Source of the DNA: a virus
Lineage: Duplodnaviria; Caudoviricetes
IMG/VR virus record: IMGVR_UViG_3300025652_000005
Location: 1-53,289 of that record
Length of the DNA stretch: 53,289 bases
Direction: 5' to 3' (one strand)
Of the stretch, positions 36,883-45,375 are shown piece after piece. Each line of letters opens with the position of its first letter. The stretch's first letter is position 1. A program made the translations under genes and the position numbers. Below the pieces are notes generated by a model that worked only from the letters and a program-made list of their open reading frames with translations, was not told the origin of the DNA and made no database searches.

Positions 36883-37344
36883 ATGCACAACATGCGATAC
36901 GAATTGGCTCGTATTGAGGCTAAAATTGATATCCTTACGAACCTTGTCCTTAAAATGGACAGCCCAAACACAGCAACAACTTCAGCATCAGTAAGCGCTT
37001 CAGCTTCCGAGCAAGCATTGGTGCGATCACTGACGACAAAGCAGCACGTAACCGCCCAACTTCTTATTGCTGGGTGGCAAAACAAAGACATCGCGAAGTT
37101 AATCAACATCGGTGAGAACACCGTGAAGCTGCACGTACGAGCCGTGTGCAAAAAAGTTGGCACCAAAACGCGCGGTCAAGCTGCACTAATAATGAATGAC
37201 ATCTTAGAAAAACTAGACCCCGAAGATTACAAGCGAGCGTCCGGCGGCATCCCAATAGACTGGGCACGGACGCTGGTGTCGGATGCACAGGATCATTACG
37301 CTCCACTATACAGAAGCGCGGGGGGGACTGATGGCACTATTTAA
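36883..37344 (+). CDS. LuxR/GerE-family HTH transcriptional regulator
   Basis: LTTKQ...GWQNKDIAKLINIGENTVKLHV...KKVG..TR; GGAGA SD favours start 36883 over 36760. Confidence 0.85.
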   Translation: MHNMRYELARIEAKIDILTNLVLKMDSPNTATTSASVSASASEQALVRSLTTKQHVTAQLLIAGWQNKDIAKLINIGENTVKLHVRAVCKKVGTKTRGQAALIMNDILEKLDPEDYKRASGGIPIDWARTLVSDAQDHYAPLYRSAGGTDGTI

Positions 37345-38341
37345 ACCTAAGAAAAGGAGCGGTGGTCAGTTCTACCAAGCGGTCGGCGTCTACCAAGGCA
37401 TCCGCGTACGCCAGTCTCTTGGCACCGCTGACTACGCCTTGGCCCGTGAGGCTTGCGCTGAGTACGAACACAAAGTTCTTACAGGCCAAGTCAAGGTCGG
37501 TGCAAAATCGACGCTTGGTAATCAAACTAAGTTCAAAACCATCGCAACCCGCTACCTAAAGTCCCCAATGACAGGCACGTCCAAGTCAACGCGCGACTAC
37601 GTGATGATGCTTGCCGACCACTTTGGTGACTATCAGATCAAATCCATCGACCTCAACGACATCGAGGAGTACGTAGAAGAGCGCCACGTCAACCGTGGCA
37701 ACTCGAACTCAACGATCCGTCGAGACCTAACCCAACTCCAAAGCATTCTAAACTACGCTCACGGCCTTGGGTTACGCGATGCGATCAAACTAAAGAAGCC
37801 AGCCGAAGGCGAACACAAGACGGACACCTTCAGCAAGGACGAGATCAACAGCATCTTCCCTCTGTTGCCGCCCGACATCCGCCGCATCTGTACGTTCCTC
37901 TTGAACACAGGCGCGCGGCCCATCGAAGCGATGACATTGCAATACGATGCAGTCGATTGGTCAAACAACACTTGCGTCCTTGGTTGCTACAAAGGAAGGG
38001 GCGGCATCTTACGAACGCGCAGAATGCCGCTCAACGAATTGGCTTTGGATACTATCCCCAAGTCACAACCACCACCTTCGACGCATGTGTTTCTAAATCA
38101 GGGACGCCCGTTCGAAAGTAACAAGCAAGTCGGCTATCATTGGCGTAAGGTAACTGACAAACTGGGCATAAATAAAAGCCCATACACATTGCGCCATACA
38201 TTCGCTACGCGCCTCGCGCGTAACGGGACACCACCGAAAGTAATCGCTGATCTGCTGGGTCACTCCGACCTAAAGATGGTGATGCGCTACATGAATACTA
38301 CCTACGAAGACCACAAGTCAGCAGTCATGTCTCTCCAATAG
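37331..38341 (+). CDS. int: Tyrosine recombinase (phage integrase)
   Basis: TGARPIE (R), YTLRHTFAT (HxxR variant), LLGHSD.KMVMRY (H, Y). Confidence 0.95.
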   Translation: MALFKPKKRSGGQFYQAVGVYQGIRVRQSLGTADYALAREACAEYEHKVLTGQVKVGAKSTLGNQTKFKTIATRYLKSPMTGTSKSTRDYVMMLADHFGDYQIKSIDLNDIEEYVEERHVNRGNSNSTIRRDLTQLQSILNYAHGLGLRDAIKLKKPAEGEHKTDTFSKDEINSIFPLLPPDIRRICTFLLNTGARPIEAMTLQYDAVDWSNNTCVLGCYKGRGGILRTRRMPLNELALDTIPKSQPPPSTHVFLNQGRPFESNKQVGYHWRKVTDKLGINKSPYTLRHTFATRLARNGTPPKVIADLLGHSDLKMVMRYMNTTYEDHKSAVMSLQ

Positions 38342-38403
38342 CGTGCCTGCCACACAACTAAATAACACGACGAAAGTTAGTTAAGATAAAATGAAAAAAA
38401 GCA

Positions 38404-38432
38404 TTGCCAACCATTCGGTTCTAAACTACTCC
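38404..38432 (+). promoter_or_regulatory. Stable-RNA-like promoter for the tRNA half (TTGCCA-N17-TACTCC, upstream A-tract)
   Basis: -35/-10 pair ends 7 nt before the first G of the tRNA half; UP-like AAAATGAAAAAAA. Confidence 0.5.
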
Positions 38433-38439
38433 GACCAGC

Positions 38440-38481
38440 GGAGACGTGGCCGAGTGGACGAAGGCGCTCCCCTGCTAAGGG
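38440..38481 (+). tRNA. 5' half of tRNA-Ser(GCT); attP core, not a complete tRNA
   Basis: GGAGACGTGGCCGAGTGGACGAAGGCGCTCCCCTGCTAAGGG matches acceptor 5' strand, D arm and anticodon arm of bacterial tRNA-Ser(GCU); variable and T arms absent. Confidence 0.85.
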
Positions 38482-38598
38482 TCTCATACCTAACCTTTCC
38501 TAACTTTTGTTGTGTTATTCTTACCCCATTTGCATGCGCACTTGAGGAATTTAACGTCGTAAATCGACAGGTTTACACAGGAATAGGCACATAAAAAT

Positions 38599-39252
38599 AT
38601 GTCTTCTGAATTTAAAAAAGCATTAATAGAAATTGAGAGTGTGACATTACAAGGCAGCGCTTTCGCATCATCATCTGAAGGTAACGTGTTCGTTCCCGCT
38701 CGCATGATCGAAGTCTCTGATGTACGAGAGGGCGATATAATATTCGCAACTCTGCGAAAAAATTATCCAGACAAACAGGACATCGCGCCGTGGCTTTGCG
38801 CGCGTCTCCACACCGACCATCCCGAAACAATATTACTCGATGATCCAGATGAGGAAGCTCCTCAATCACCCCCACCACACGTCGCTTCTAATGTTGTGCC
38901 ACTTGTGCGGGGCACAGAACTAATCGACGCAGCGCGCGATCAAATGTTCTTAATATTGCTTGGCCTCACACAACCCGAACTAAACGACCTCGTTCTCGAC
39001 GTGGTACATCACGAAGCCTGCACAACCGAAGACATTCTCTTTTCAATCTTGTCAGTCAACTCAACTCGCAAAGAGGAGTTTAGTAAAGTCGAACGGTCTG
39101 CGCACGATCTAATTCAGAGGACCATTGAAACCTTGTACGACAGTGGAAAAATCCTAAAGGCAACATACACTTCCGTGACTGAAGGAAGCGTAAGCACAGA
39201 CCTTGTAACCTACTCGACTACACAACGTGCAGACGATGAAACTTTTTTCTAA
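38599..39252 (+). CDS. Hypothetical protein (OB-fold-like N-terminus, possible wHTH C-terminus)
   Basis: GSAFA...GNVFVP...GD.I.A pattern; isolated gene right of attP. Confidence 0.6.
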   Translation: MSSEFKKALIEIESVTLQGSAFASSSEGNVFVPARMIEVSDVREGDIIFATLRKNYPDKQDIAPWLCARLHTDHPETILLDDPDEEAPQSPPPHVASNVVPLVRGTELIDAARDQMFLILLGLTQPELNDLVLDVVHHEACTTEDILFSILSVNSTRKEEFSKVERSAHDLIQRTIETLYDSGKILKATYTSVTEGSVSTDLVTYSTTQRADDETFF

Positions 39253-39268
39253 ACGATAGATTAAATAT

Positions 39269-39308
39269 GTTGAGCGAAAACCAACTTCCGTTTTCGCTCA
39301 ACTTTTTA
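39269..39308. terminator. Terminator between convergent genes
   Basis: Perfect 13-bp stem GTTGAGCGAAAAC/GTTTTCGCTCAAC followed by a T-tract. Confidence 0.85.
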
Positions 39309-39587
39309 TTTGTCTGTCAGCATTTCGAAGGCGCGCTTCACTCTACTCAGTGGCGTACTCGCCCCTTCCATCTTCTCTTTGACGCGATCAATCAGCTTAG
39401 ATTTCCACTCATCATTCTTCATCGACATCACTAGACCGAGCACGAGCATGTCTCTCTCAGTCATATCGTTCGACAAGCCACACCTCACATAACCATCTGC
39501 GTCAACGGACAAAGCGGGTGCCTTGTCCGTCACGTACAATCTCTTACGTACGTATTTGATCTGTGCTTGAGTATCAGCGCTCATCAT
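39306..39587 (-). CDS. Hypothetical protein
   Basis: 93 aa, ATGA-coupled. Confidence 0.65.
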   Translation of the reverse strand: MMSADTQAQIKYVRKRLYVTDKAPALSVDADGYVRCGLSNDMTERDMLVLGLVMSMKNDEWKSKLIDRVKEKMEGASTPLSRVKRAFEMLTDK

Positions 39588-39772
39588 TCGCCCTCTTCAA
39601 AGATTGAATTTGCTAAGTCGATGGGCAACTCCACGGTCACTGACCTAAAGTTACACACCACACATTTTCGTTTGCGCTTAATAGTTTGGAAGCCGTACCC
39701 AATGTGCGGTCGGCTATCCCAAGTTGCCAATTTGTGCAGGCAATCGGGACAGTGAGATATGCTCTCGCCCAT
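39584..39772 (-). CDS. NrdR-like Zn-ribbon protein
   Basis: CPDC...DSR...RKRKC..C.FRSVTVE; GGAGG SD. Confidence 0.75.
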   Translation of the reverse strand: MGESISHCPDCLHKLATWDSRPHIGYGFQTIKRKRKCVVCNFRSVTVELPIDLANSIFEEGE

Positions 39773-40224
39773 CAGACCTCCACCAGTTGTACAACTTCTG
39801 GTACATAATCCTTTGCCAGTCGGACGTACTGCGTCGGCAGGCCCATTCCCTTGCGTGGCAGCGCAGCCAGGTATCCTTCCGAAGCCATCTGTGAAAGGTA
39901 CGAAGCGGCGGCTTCTCTCGTGATCCATCCTGTTTTATTCGCGCCCGTTGCTAACTCTTCCATCACCGTGCGTATCGTTACAAGTTCCCCGTCGCGTATG
40001 ACTGCAAGGATTTCCTGCCAAGCCTCGATCCTTCTCAACTTCGTACCCATCCTCTCGTAGTCTGCCTTCAACCGCGCCGCGTGACGGCTGGCAGCAGTCG
40101 GCTCGTCGCATGGCATTCTCGGACGCAAACCTTTCTTCACCATCTCCCGTTCAAACTTCATCATACGTTTAGCTAGACGCTCTTCTCCATCTGCGTGGCT
40201 GTCGCCAATCATAATATTAACCAT
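39772..40224 (-). CDS. Putative winged-helix DNA-binding protein
   Basis: 150 aa; helix-turn-helix followed by a wing-like GYL...Y pattern. Confidence 0.55.
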   Translation of the reverse strand: MVNIMIGDSHADGEERLAKRMMKFEREMVKKGLRPRMPCDEPTAASRHAARLKADYERMGTKLRRIEAWQEILAVIRDGELVTIRTVMEELATGANKTGWITREAAASYLSQMASEGYLAALPRKGMGLPTQYVRLAKDYVPEVVQLVEV

Positions 40225-40393
40225 CGATCTTACCCCGCATGTTTACCTTCACGATGTCTACAATCGAAAGAAGCTCATCCATCGTGTGCTTTCTTGGGTT
40301 GCCCGTAGCCTTAAACTCCATCTTCAAATTCTCCAGCTTGTACTCGATGCGCTTCAACGCATTCATTGTCTGCTCGTGTTGCTCAATATTCAT
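40217..40393 (-). CDS. Hypothetical protein (58 aa, MNIEQHEQTMNALKRIEYK...)
   Basis: Read from the sequence; AAGGA SD; ATGA overlap with the hydrolase stop. Confidence 0.6.
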   Translation of the reverse strand: MNIEQHEQTMNALKRIEYKLENLKMEFKATGNPRKHTMDELLSIVDIVKVNMRGKIDG

Positions 40394-40782
40394 CCGTTAG
40401 TTTCCTTATAAAAAATGTGTTGTCCGTATTGTGCAGTCTTCGTAAACGCCTTGGCCCAGTACGGGCTGGCGTAGATGGAGTGGTAAAACAGGACACCCTC
40501 TCCAACTTTTCTGGGTGTCCCCTCTTCCATCGCAAGTCGCGCAACATTGGCTGCGATTGCCCATGCCACTGGATCGCGCGGCGTGTCGCTCTTGCCATCG
40601 TGCGTCCAAGAGAATTGCTTGTGCTGCCAGACAACATCGCACACGTTGTCTGGATACTTCTCGCTTGCGACCCTGTTCAAAGTCACTTGCGCCACAGCCA
40701 TCTGACCATCGAAGCTCTCTGATCTGGCCTCGAAGTAGACGTTAATAGCGAGGCAAAGTGCCGCTTGTGTAATTAGAACCAC
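40390..40782 (-). CDS. SleB/Hydrolase_2 cell-wall hydrolase
   Basis: CLA.NVYFEARSE...VAQVTLNRV...QFSW...P.W...GQHIFY; GTG start with AGGA SD. Confidence 0.9.
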   Translation of the reverse strand: MVLITQAALCLAINVYFEARSESFDGQMAVAQVTLNRVASEKYPDNVCDVVWQHKQFSWTHDGKSDTPRDPVAWAIAANVARLAMEEGTPRKVGEGVLFYHSIYASPYWAKAFTKTAQYGQHIFYKETNG

Positions 40783-41005
40783 GTACGTATTCCTTTCTAA
40801 GATGCGGAAGTTTTTCATCGACCAGGCGCATGATGCGCTTGATCTTTTCTTCATCGGCGTGGCGTACGCGCTTTGATCGGATGACGTACGCTACGTGCCA
40901 CCACCAACCGTGCGGTCTCCATCCATCACAAAACGCATACCAACTGCGCTTCATCGTGGGCGAAGACCTATAGTCGAATGAGGTGGGCATTTTCAGTTCA
41001 CGCAT
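40742..41005 (-). CDS. Hypothetical Trp/Arg-rich protein
   Basis: 87-aa ORF overlapping the vWA gene stop. Confidence 0.5.
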   Translation of the reverse strand: MRELKMPTSFDYRSSPTMKRSWYAFCDGWRPHGWWWHVAYVIRSKRVRHADEEKIKRIMRLVDEKLPHLRKEYVRGSNYTSGTLPRY

Positions 41006-42845
41006 GAGCGTGACCCTGACTAATCAGCAGCTTTTCTAGGCTGCCGAGTAATGTTTCTCCAAGTTTATTGAAGTCCGTGAGCACAGATTTGCTAAACATT
41101 TTGCTCACATCAATACCGATACCGATGCCGATGACCTCGATACCTATGGCCTCCATTTCCTTGACCAGCGTGCTACACATATCCACCTCACGGTGTCTGC
41201 CGTTCGGTTCGCCATCCGTCAGCATGAGCAAAATCTTACGCGGCTCATGCCAACTCGACATCATATTCGCATACGTCATCAGCGCTGCGTAGCTTGGCGT
41301 ATCGCCCCCGACGGGTTGGAAGTTCAGCGTCGTCTGTAGCTTTAGATAGTTCTCGTGAGAATGTTTGTGTGTCACGATCCAAGGAAGATCACCCATCACA
41401 TCTCGACCGCCGTAAAGGCTTAGGCCACCCCATTCGGTCACATCGTACTTGACACCAGCACGACCGAGCGCATCATTCACAACGTGTACAGCCGACATTG
41501 TGTTGATTGAGCTCATGCTGGTCGAACCATCGACCGCAAGCATCAGCCGCGTCTCCGATGTTCGAACGTCTTCCGTACGTGCAAAGATGTTCTGATTACC
41601 CGCAACCAATTGCGACAACCTACGGCGATCAATACGCCCCGAACTGTACCCGCCCTCGTTGCGCTTACTCTCTTGGCTCATCAACAACCGCGCGAGCCTC
41701 GCACCGTACGCGCTGACATCCTTTCCGATTAGTGCCCGAGCACCCAAATTTTCTTGGGCCAGTAAGTCCTTGTGTTTGTCTGCGTTTCGCCATTGTCCAA
41801 CAACTATATCCTTCACACGGGCCTTTACGTTTGCAATCTGAACCTTTTGTCCCAGCGATTTCCACAGGTCTAGGTGCGTATCGTGTACCGCACTAAACTG
41901 CGTGCAAACCCTGCGCGTATTAGGCTTAGGGCCGTACTTACCAAACACGTCTTGCATGTTATCGGCTTTGCGATCCTCGGCATCTTCCATGCTGAAGCCC
42001 TTTGGCTTCGGCTTGTCAGCATCAGGCTTGTCAGCATCAGGCTTGCCATCACCATCACCCTCGCCGTCAACTTCCTCGCCTTCATCTTGGTCTGGCTTAT
42101 CCTGCCCCTTGCCCTTGCCCTCGCCATCACCATCCTCGCCCTCTGGGTTTGGCTTTGGATGGGTTGGCTTTGGCTGTGGTTCATCTTCCTCACCAAGCTC
42201 TTTGCCCAGCGCCTTGACCCGCTTGCTTATCTTCTTCGCAAGCTCGTAGCTTTCACCAGTATCCTCTGTCGCGTACATCTCCTTCGCAAACTTTCGAGCC
42301 TCTTTGGCTAGATCGTCAGGCATGTCCTCGATGTACTGATCGAGCGCATCGCTTTCGTACCCTGCATTGTGCCGTGCCTGTTGCAGCGCAGCGTACGGTA
42401 TCTCAGTCCACCACGTTTCGCGCCGTGCGGCGTTCTCTTCTGGGTTGTCCTCCCAGTGCTGGTTCTCGTTGCCCAACACGCTATCAACAGTCGCTTGCAA
42501 GCTACGCTTGGCACCTGAGTATTTCTCACATGCCTTGCGCTCCACCAGAACATCCTCGCAAGCGTTCCATATTCCATGCAGATGCTTGGGTGGCTTTTTC
42601 GCCTTTGCCAAACCGAAGTCGGTATCCGTTACATGCCCGACCTCATGGATGTGATAGCCTCTAGCTATCGCCTGATCCTTGGGTGTCATGGTTGCTGCCA
42701 TGTCCATTTCGGGAAGGTTGATTGTCTTGCCGTCGGTATGGGCACCTTGACCTATGAACGTGGTGCGTATGCCTTTCGTACCCATGATCTCCGACAACTT
42801 ATCGAACTCCGTTTTGAGTGCGGCCACTGAATTTTGGTTAAACAT
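40998..42845 (-). CDS. cobT: CobT-like protein (N-terminal HExxH domain, acidic linker, vWA domain)
   Basis: HEVGH...NACED; GRIDRRRL; MIDAS DGSTS and LTDGEP. Confidence 0.8.
   Translation of the reverse strand: MFNQNSVAALKTEFDKLSEIMGTKGIRTTFIGQGAHTDGKTINLPEMDMAATMTPKDQAIARGYHIHEVGHVTDTDFGLAKAKKPPKHLHGIWNACEDVLVERKACEKYSGAKRSLQATVDSVLGNENQHWEDNPEENAARRETWWTEIPYAALQQARHNAGYESDALDQYIEDMPDDLAKEARKFAKEMYATEDTGESYELAKKISKRVKALGKELGEEDEPQPKPTHPKPNPEGEDGDGEGKGKGQDKPDQDEGEEVDGEGDGDGKPDADKPDADKPKPKGFSMEDAEDRKADNMQDVFGKYGPKPNTRRVCTQFSAVHDTHLDLWKSLGQKVQIANVKARVKDIVVGQWRNADKHKDLLAQENLGARALIGKDVSAYGARLARLLMSQESKRNEGGYSSGRIDRRRLSQLVAGNQNIFARTEDVRTSETRLMLAVDGSTSMSSINTMSAVHVVNDALGRAGVKYDVTEWGGLSLYGGRDVMGDLPWIVTHKHSHENYLKLQTTLNFQPVGGDTPSYAALMTYANMMSSWHEPRKILLMLTDGEPNGRHREVDMCSTLVKEMEAIGIEVIGIGIGIDVSKMFSKSVLTDFNKLGETLLGSLEKLLISQGHAHA
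42010..42045 (-). repeat. 15-bp tandem repeat (KPDAD) in the CobT-like linker
   Basis: ggcttgtcagcatca x2 plus a partial copy. Confidence 0.8.
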
Positions 42846-42868
42846 TTGTGTGATCCTTGATTGATTGA

Positions 42869-44398
42869 TTAGTTGCTGATGCGATCCATGATGCCTGTCA
42901 CAGCAATGCTGTCGCCTTCATCAATGGTATTCATCACGTTCATTTCGAGCGCTCGCTTCACCGCCACCGTGGTGCCCAAGCGTCCCTCGAAGTCGGCAAC
43001 GTACTTGCCTATCGTGATCGTGTTGCGTGGTGAGATCGGCGTTGCTATCGTGCCATCCGCAAACGCTTCGCGGTACGTCTCCAAGAAACTACAGATCAGT
43101 TGCTCGGCTTGCTTCGACAGGGCGGGTGCAAACTTCTTGACCAGCATCATCTCGTCATCCACGTTCAAGTAGTCTACCTTGATGAACACGGGGAACCTGT
43201 TGATCGACGCTCTCGATTGTACCTTCACCGCACTTGCGTACAGTCCAGAACTATCTCCCGTACCCACCGTGTTGGCTGTCGCCATGATGTGAAAGTCAGG
43301 GTGCGGGTGAACCATGCGACCGCCATCTTCCATAAGACGCAGCGCACCACCTTCCAGCACGGGTTGCATCACATAGCTGATATCAGCACGTATCGCATCG
43401 TACTCGTCGAGCAACATAACGACGGGCAGTTGCATCGCCTTGGGCAAGAAGCCATCCACGAACTTGGTGATCTGGTTGCCATCATCGTCGGTGGTCACGC
43501 TCATGGCACCTACGAAGTCAGGCCGCTCGATGGCGCTGTCCATGTTGGCACGCATCATCATGCGTCCGGTGTGCGCACACACCTGAGCAATGAACGTCGT
43601 CTTTCCCGTACCCGTGTGACCAGTCAACCAAGCATTGTTCTTGGTCTCTATGGCCCACAACGCATCCGCTAGGTTGCTTCTGTTGAAGATGTAATTGTGA
43701 TCCTTGGCAGGCACCAACGGGTTGTCGTACTCCCAATCGTACACGGTGATCTCCATGTCCAAGAGGCGGTCTTGGATACCGAACACTACCTGTGCATTGA
43801 CCCTGCGCGGCGTACCTTCTGGGATGTCACCGCTTGCGGGTACAATAGCCGCCACCGCAACGGGCGCTGGCTTGTTCCGCAAGGCCACCACCTCATTGAG
43901 CAGCCCTTGCAGATCGTTCATCTCGCCATTGGTAGCAACACGCAGCAACACGTTCGCCGCTGTCGCAATGTCATCTGCCACATCGTACGTAGGCGACGTA
44001 GGCGACGTGCCGAGATCGTCAGGGATGTAATCGGAGATGCTTGCACTGTTGAGGTCTAATTCATTGCTCCAAGGCCACATCTCGCACATGCTTCCGTCAG
44101 TGGGGACGCACTTGAAGGCATCAAGGATACTATGAAGGCCTTCGTCGCACATCAGCTCCTCCAGAAGATAACCCAACGCCTTGGCGCTCATGCGGTCGAA
44201 AATCTGTGACACACTAACGCTGCGCATCTTCTTGCTTGCTATGTGGGTGCTGTTCACGAGAGCAGAACCATTTGCTTCGGTGGCAATCGCGGTGAGGTCT
44301 ATGCCCTTGAATTCTGCGGCTGAGTAGATCGCTCCGCGCAGAATTGTCTGAGCCTTGCGTGCATCGTGGGTATCTATAATGTTTTGAACAGTTGTCAT
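42869..44398 (-). CDS. cobS: CobS-like MoxR AAA+ ATPase
   Basis: GHTGTGKT Walker A, LLDEYD Walker B, ATANT.G.G, NRF and ISPR motifs. Confidence 0.85.
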   Translation of the reverse strand: MTTVQNIIDTHDARKAQTILRGAIYSAAEFKGIDLTAIATEANGSALVNSTHIASKKMRSVSVSQIFDRMSAKALGYLLEELMCDEGLHSILDAFKCVPTDGSMCEMWPWSNELDLNSASISDYIPDDLGTSPTSPTYDVADDIATAANVLLRVATNGEMNDLQGLLNEVVALRNKPAPVAVAAIVPASGDIPEGTPRRVNAQVVFGIQDRLLDMEITVYDWEYDNPLVPAKDHNYIFNRSNLADALWAIETKNNAWLTGHTGTGKTTFIAQVCAHTGRMMMRANMDSAIERPDFVGAMSVTTDDDGNQITKFVDGFLPKAMQLPVVMLLDEYDAIRADISYVMQPVLEGGALRLMEDGGRMVHPHPDFHIMATANTVGTGDSSGLYASAVKVQSRASINRFPVFIKVDYLNVDDEMMLVKKFAPALSKQAEQLICSFLETYREAFADGTIATPISPRNTITIGKYVADFEGRLGTTVAVKRALEMNVMNTIDEGDSIAVTGIMDRISN

Positions 44399-44425
44399 GT
44401 GATGTTCTTTCTTGATTATGGTTGT

Positions 44426-44456
44426 AGTGTAAACAACACAACGGAAGTTGTGTCAA
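44426..44456 (-). promoter_or_regulatory. sigma70-like promoter overlapped by palindrome ACACAAC-GGAA-GTTGTGT
   Basis: TTGACA at 44456-44451 (minus strand), TACACT downstream; palindrome at 44436-44453. Confidence 0.6.
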
Positions 44457-44577
44457 GTTAGTTGTGCAGACGGCACAAAAGAGACCGCAGACTAATCAAA
44501 GTCAGCGGCCTAATCTCTTTAGTTCCTCTTCTATCTTTGATAGAAGGTCGCCCCTGCGCGGGGCAGTATTTTATTGG

Positions 44578-44835
44578 TTAATGATCTGGTTGTACGTTGG
44601 GCGAAGCATCAGGGAACAGTCCCTCCATCAGCGCGAACTGATCGTCAGCAGCCCCTTGAGAATTGAACTCACGCTCGAACAGGATTTCGACCTGTCCTGT
44701 CTGTTCAAGCCGCAGATGCAACGCTACTTCCCAACTGTCTGCTTCCTCCATCGTGGGTGAAAGCGTCTCTCCGCCCATACCGAACATGCAAAGCTCAAGC
44801 TCCCATTCGATTGCCTTGGGTACATTCATTCTCAT
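44578..44835 (-). CDS. Hypothetical early protein
   Basis: AAGGAGG SD; ATGA overlap. Confidence 0.6.
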   Translation of the reverse strand: MRMNVPKAIEWELELCMFGMGGETLSPTMEEADSWEVALHLRLEQTGQVEILFEREFNSQGAADDQFALMEGLFPDASPNVQPDH

Positions 44836-45014
44836 GCTGCGTCCTCCTTGTATTTCGGGTCTACGAAGTGCCATGTGTCGGGCGTCAACGTCTGCGAAAG
44901 CATACCAAACCCCGCCCATCCTTTGACCTCACCACACGCCTCCATGATGCGCGCAGAGTGCATTAGGTCTTCGGTTTCGATGTCGCTTAGTTGGCGACTA
45001 CATGTGATTTTCAT
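44832..45014 (-). CDS. Hypothetical early protein
   Basis: 60 aa; GGAGGAG SD; ends EDAA. Confidence 0.6.
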   Translation of the reverse strand: MKITCSRQLSDIETEDLMHSARIMEACGEVKGWAGFGMLSQTLTPDTWHFVDPKYKEDAA

Positions 45015-45172
45015 TCTTCGTTCTCCTCCATTGTGTAGGTGACTTTGAGAGGGGCGTCGTCGAGCAACTCCAACGGGTGAATATCTTGCAACGCCTTTCT
45101 CGCATCATCGGGCGTATCCGCTCGAAAGTGAAAGGCGTCGTGGATTGTCATGCCTACGATGTAAGTCTTCAT
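45011..45172 (-). CDS. Hypothetical early protein
   Basis: GAGGAG SD; start MKTYIVG. Confidence 0.6.
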   Translation of the reverse strand: MKTYIVGMTIHDAFHFRADTPDDARKALQDIHPLELLDDAPLKVTYTMEENEE

Positions 45173-45375
45173 GCCGCGTTCTCCTCGTGGTTCATTATGC
45201 AACGGTCGCACCATATCTGGGTTAGCCAAACATCCTCTTCATCCCATTCGGGTGTGGGCAACTCATTGCCTTTAGCCTCACCGCCGCATACCTCGCACAC
45301 GGCGGTGAGGTTTGTCGTACATTCGATTAGCCAATGGCTGATCGCGTACATCAATTTGTAAATTAGGTTCCTCAT
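45169..45375 (-). CDS. Small Zn-finger early protein
   Basis: CEVC...CDRC; ends ENAA. Confidence 0.6.
   Translation of the reverse strand: MRNLIYKLMYAISHWLIECTTNLTAVCEVCGGEAKGNELPTPEWDEEDVWLTQIWCDRCIMNHEENAA

Larger units (their letters stand above)
38361..38519. other. attP with 20-bp inverted arm repeats (38361-38380 and 38500-38519)
   Basis: AATAACACGACGAAAGTTAG / CTAACTTTTGTTGTGTTATT (18/20) flank a tRNA fragment downstream of int. Confidence 0.75.

Noticed and set aside
38440-38530. Complete functional tRNA-Ser gene
   Set aside because: No variable arm, TTCGAA T-loop or full 3' acceptor strand.
40998-44398. Cobalamin biosynthesis auxiliary metabolic genes
   Set aside because: No cobN or other cob genes; phage CobS/T-like pairs are generic MoxR-vWA systems.
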